A stretch of DNA of 26,470 bases. Source: a virus (Duplodnaviria; Caudoviricetes). The position numbers were made by a program, and so were the translations under genes. The stretch spans positions 1 to 26,470 of the IMG/VR virus record IMGVR_UViG_3300020436_000076, one strand, 5' to 3'. Shown here in pieces: positions 25,251 to 26,470 of the stretch (position 1 is the stretch's first letter; every line of letters begins with the position of its first letter). The notes under the pieces are model-generated. The model did no database searches. It was not told where the DNA came from and worked only from the letters and a program-made list of their open reading frames with translations.

Positions 25251-26468
25251 TTACTTCTTAGCTGTTTTAGCGGCATCTTTCCAATCCTGTTTGGAAGGTG
25301 CATCAGGATGATCTTTATCTCTGCTTGTGCCTGCTTTTTTTGCTTTATTCACATAATAGTATAAACCCTTTTTTGCAGTTCTACCGTCTTTGGTTTTATG
25401 TGTATCTTTCTCTGCTAAAGCTTTGTAGAGTTTTTCTTTAATTGATGCTTCAGTATTCATTGGATTATCACCACCTGATGTGGCTTTATAAGATTTTTTA
25501 CTTTTATGCATATCGTTTCCAGCTGGAATACTTGCACTTACATCATTCATATATTTTTCATCTGGTTCAGTTGAAGCGTCAGGAAAATGTCCATCATAAT
25601 CTTCTTCGTCCTGTTCTGTTGACATCATATGTATCATATCACCCATAGATGGTGCAGGACCACTTTGGCTATGAGGTGTAATGTCATCTATGTCTACTTC
25701 TTTGGCACCCGAAGCGCCTGCTAACTGCATCATACGAATTAGATCGTCTACTGATCCAGATATAGTAACTTTACCATCGTCACCCATGCCACCACAGTCT
25801 TCGTTCATGGCGTTCTCCTTATTGTTAGTTGATTCGACTCTTTGTCCTAAATAATCTATATCTTGAGCTTTTAGGTGTTTTGTTATTGCTTTTCTCCATG
25901 CTTTTGAATTTCCAAAAACACTTATTTCACCAGATATCCTTTTCCATAATGGTTGTACCTTATTAGCTTGTTTCTTAGATAAATGTTTTGCGGCATAGAT
26001 GTCAGTAACTTCATTCCAATCTGCTTGATTTTTTAATTTCTTAATTGCATTCAATACTGCTTCTTCGTCTGTGCCAAAGCCATCCATAGCTCTTGCTAGA
26101 TCTTGTGCAATAGCCGCATGATTAATATCTGATAGTTTGCTATCATCTTGAGCTTTTTTATCACCATCGTCGGCACCTTTTTCGGCACCTCTTTCGTCAT
26201 CAGGGCCTGACATTTGTGGATATGCCATACCTGTTTCGTCATCAGGTTGTTGAACTTTATCAGGTGATGTTCTTGGCAATGCCTCATCTCCACCTGGACC
26301 TGTTGGTGGTGCGCCTCTTTTCAAAGGATCGCCTAGTGGCTCAGGAGTGTTACCTGGACCTACTGAACCTGGAGGAGATTTTTTCTGACCCCTGGTGTCA
26401 TAATCTTTTGGAGGAGGACCAAGGGCACCATCTCGACCTTTTGTTATTGCTTTTTCTAATTTACTAAT
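25251..26468 (-). CDS. 5'-truncated modular protein with an annexin-like repeat and basic C-terminal module
   Basis: Frame is open to the window edge (ISKLEKAITKGRDG...). P/G/D-rich linker, then LARAMDGFGTDEEAV, an acidic region and a K-rich tail. Confidence 0.75.
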   Translation of the reverse strand: MSKLEKAITKGRDGALGPPPKDYDTRGQKKSPPGSVGPGNTPEPLGDPLKRGAPPTGPGGDEALPRTSPDKVQQPDDETGMAYPQMSGPDDERGAEKGADDGDKKAQDDSKLSDINHAAIAQDLARAMDGFGTDEEAVLNAIKKLKNQADWNEVTDIYAAKHLSKKQANKVQPLWKRISGEISVFGNSKAWRKAITKHLKAQDIDYLGQRVESTNNKENAMNEDCGGMGDDGKVTISGSVDDLIRMMQLAGASGAKEVDIDDITPHSQSGPAPSMGDMIHMMSTEQDEEDYDGHFPDASTEPDEKYMNDVSASIPAGNDMHKSKKSYKATSGGDNPMNTEASIKEKLYKALAEKDTHKTKDGRTAKKGLYYYVNKAKKAGTSRDKDHPDAPSKQDWKDAAKTAKK

Positions 26469-26470
26469 TC

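Noticed and set aside
1092-26467. Other 60-123 aa ORFs nested in or antisense to called genes (e.g. 1092, 1962, 2145, 8157, 14935, 21707, 26216)
   Set aside because: They overlap well-supported genes and have no start signals or motifs.
1-26470. Alternative genetic code, introns or canonical inteins in terminase/UvsX/UvsW
   Set aside because: Genes are full length and contiguous under the standard code, TAA, TGA and TAG all act as stops, and no large insertions are seen.
1-26470. tRNA, rRNA, CRISPR array, integrase or transposase
   Set aside because: Intergenic gaps are short, and no cloverleaf, repeat-spacer pattern or mobile-element motif was seen.

Overview
AT-rich, gene-dense segment of a large T4-like (gp17/gp32/UvsX/UvsY/UvsW-encoding) tailed phage genome, almost entirely on the minus strand and consistent with the standard genetic code. 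In transcription order (right to left) it carries: a 5'-truncated modular protein with an annexin-like repeat; a small virion-type protein; the large terminase; a 721-aa modular protein; ssDNA-binding protein, UvsX, a small acidic protein and UvsY; a ~7.5 kb sugar-modification island (nucleotidyltransferases, FkbM methyltransferase, several glycosyltransferases, three with KpsC/KpsS-like domains); UvsW helicase; a second accessory block (cupin, methyltransferase, GAPDH with an NADP-type signature, KdsA, KdsB); a gp62-like protein, a zinc-finger protein and a ~190-200 aa miniature DnaE; two related structural-type genes; and the start of a probable primase. Two promoter classes are visible: sigma70-type (two apparently leaderless) and a recurrent TAAATA late-type motif. 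The best candidate for an undescribed system is a phage-encoded Kdo make-activate-transfer glycosylation pathway. All calls come from motif recognition by eye; no searches were run.
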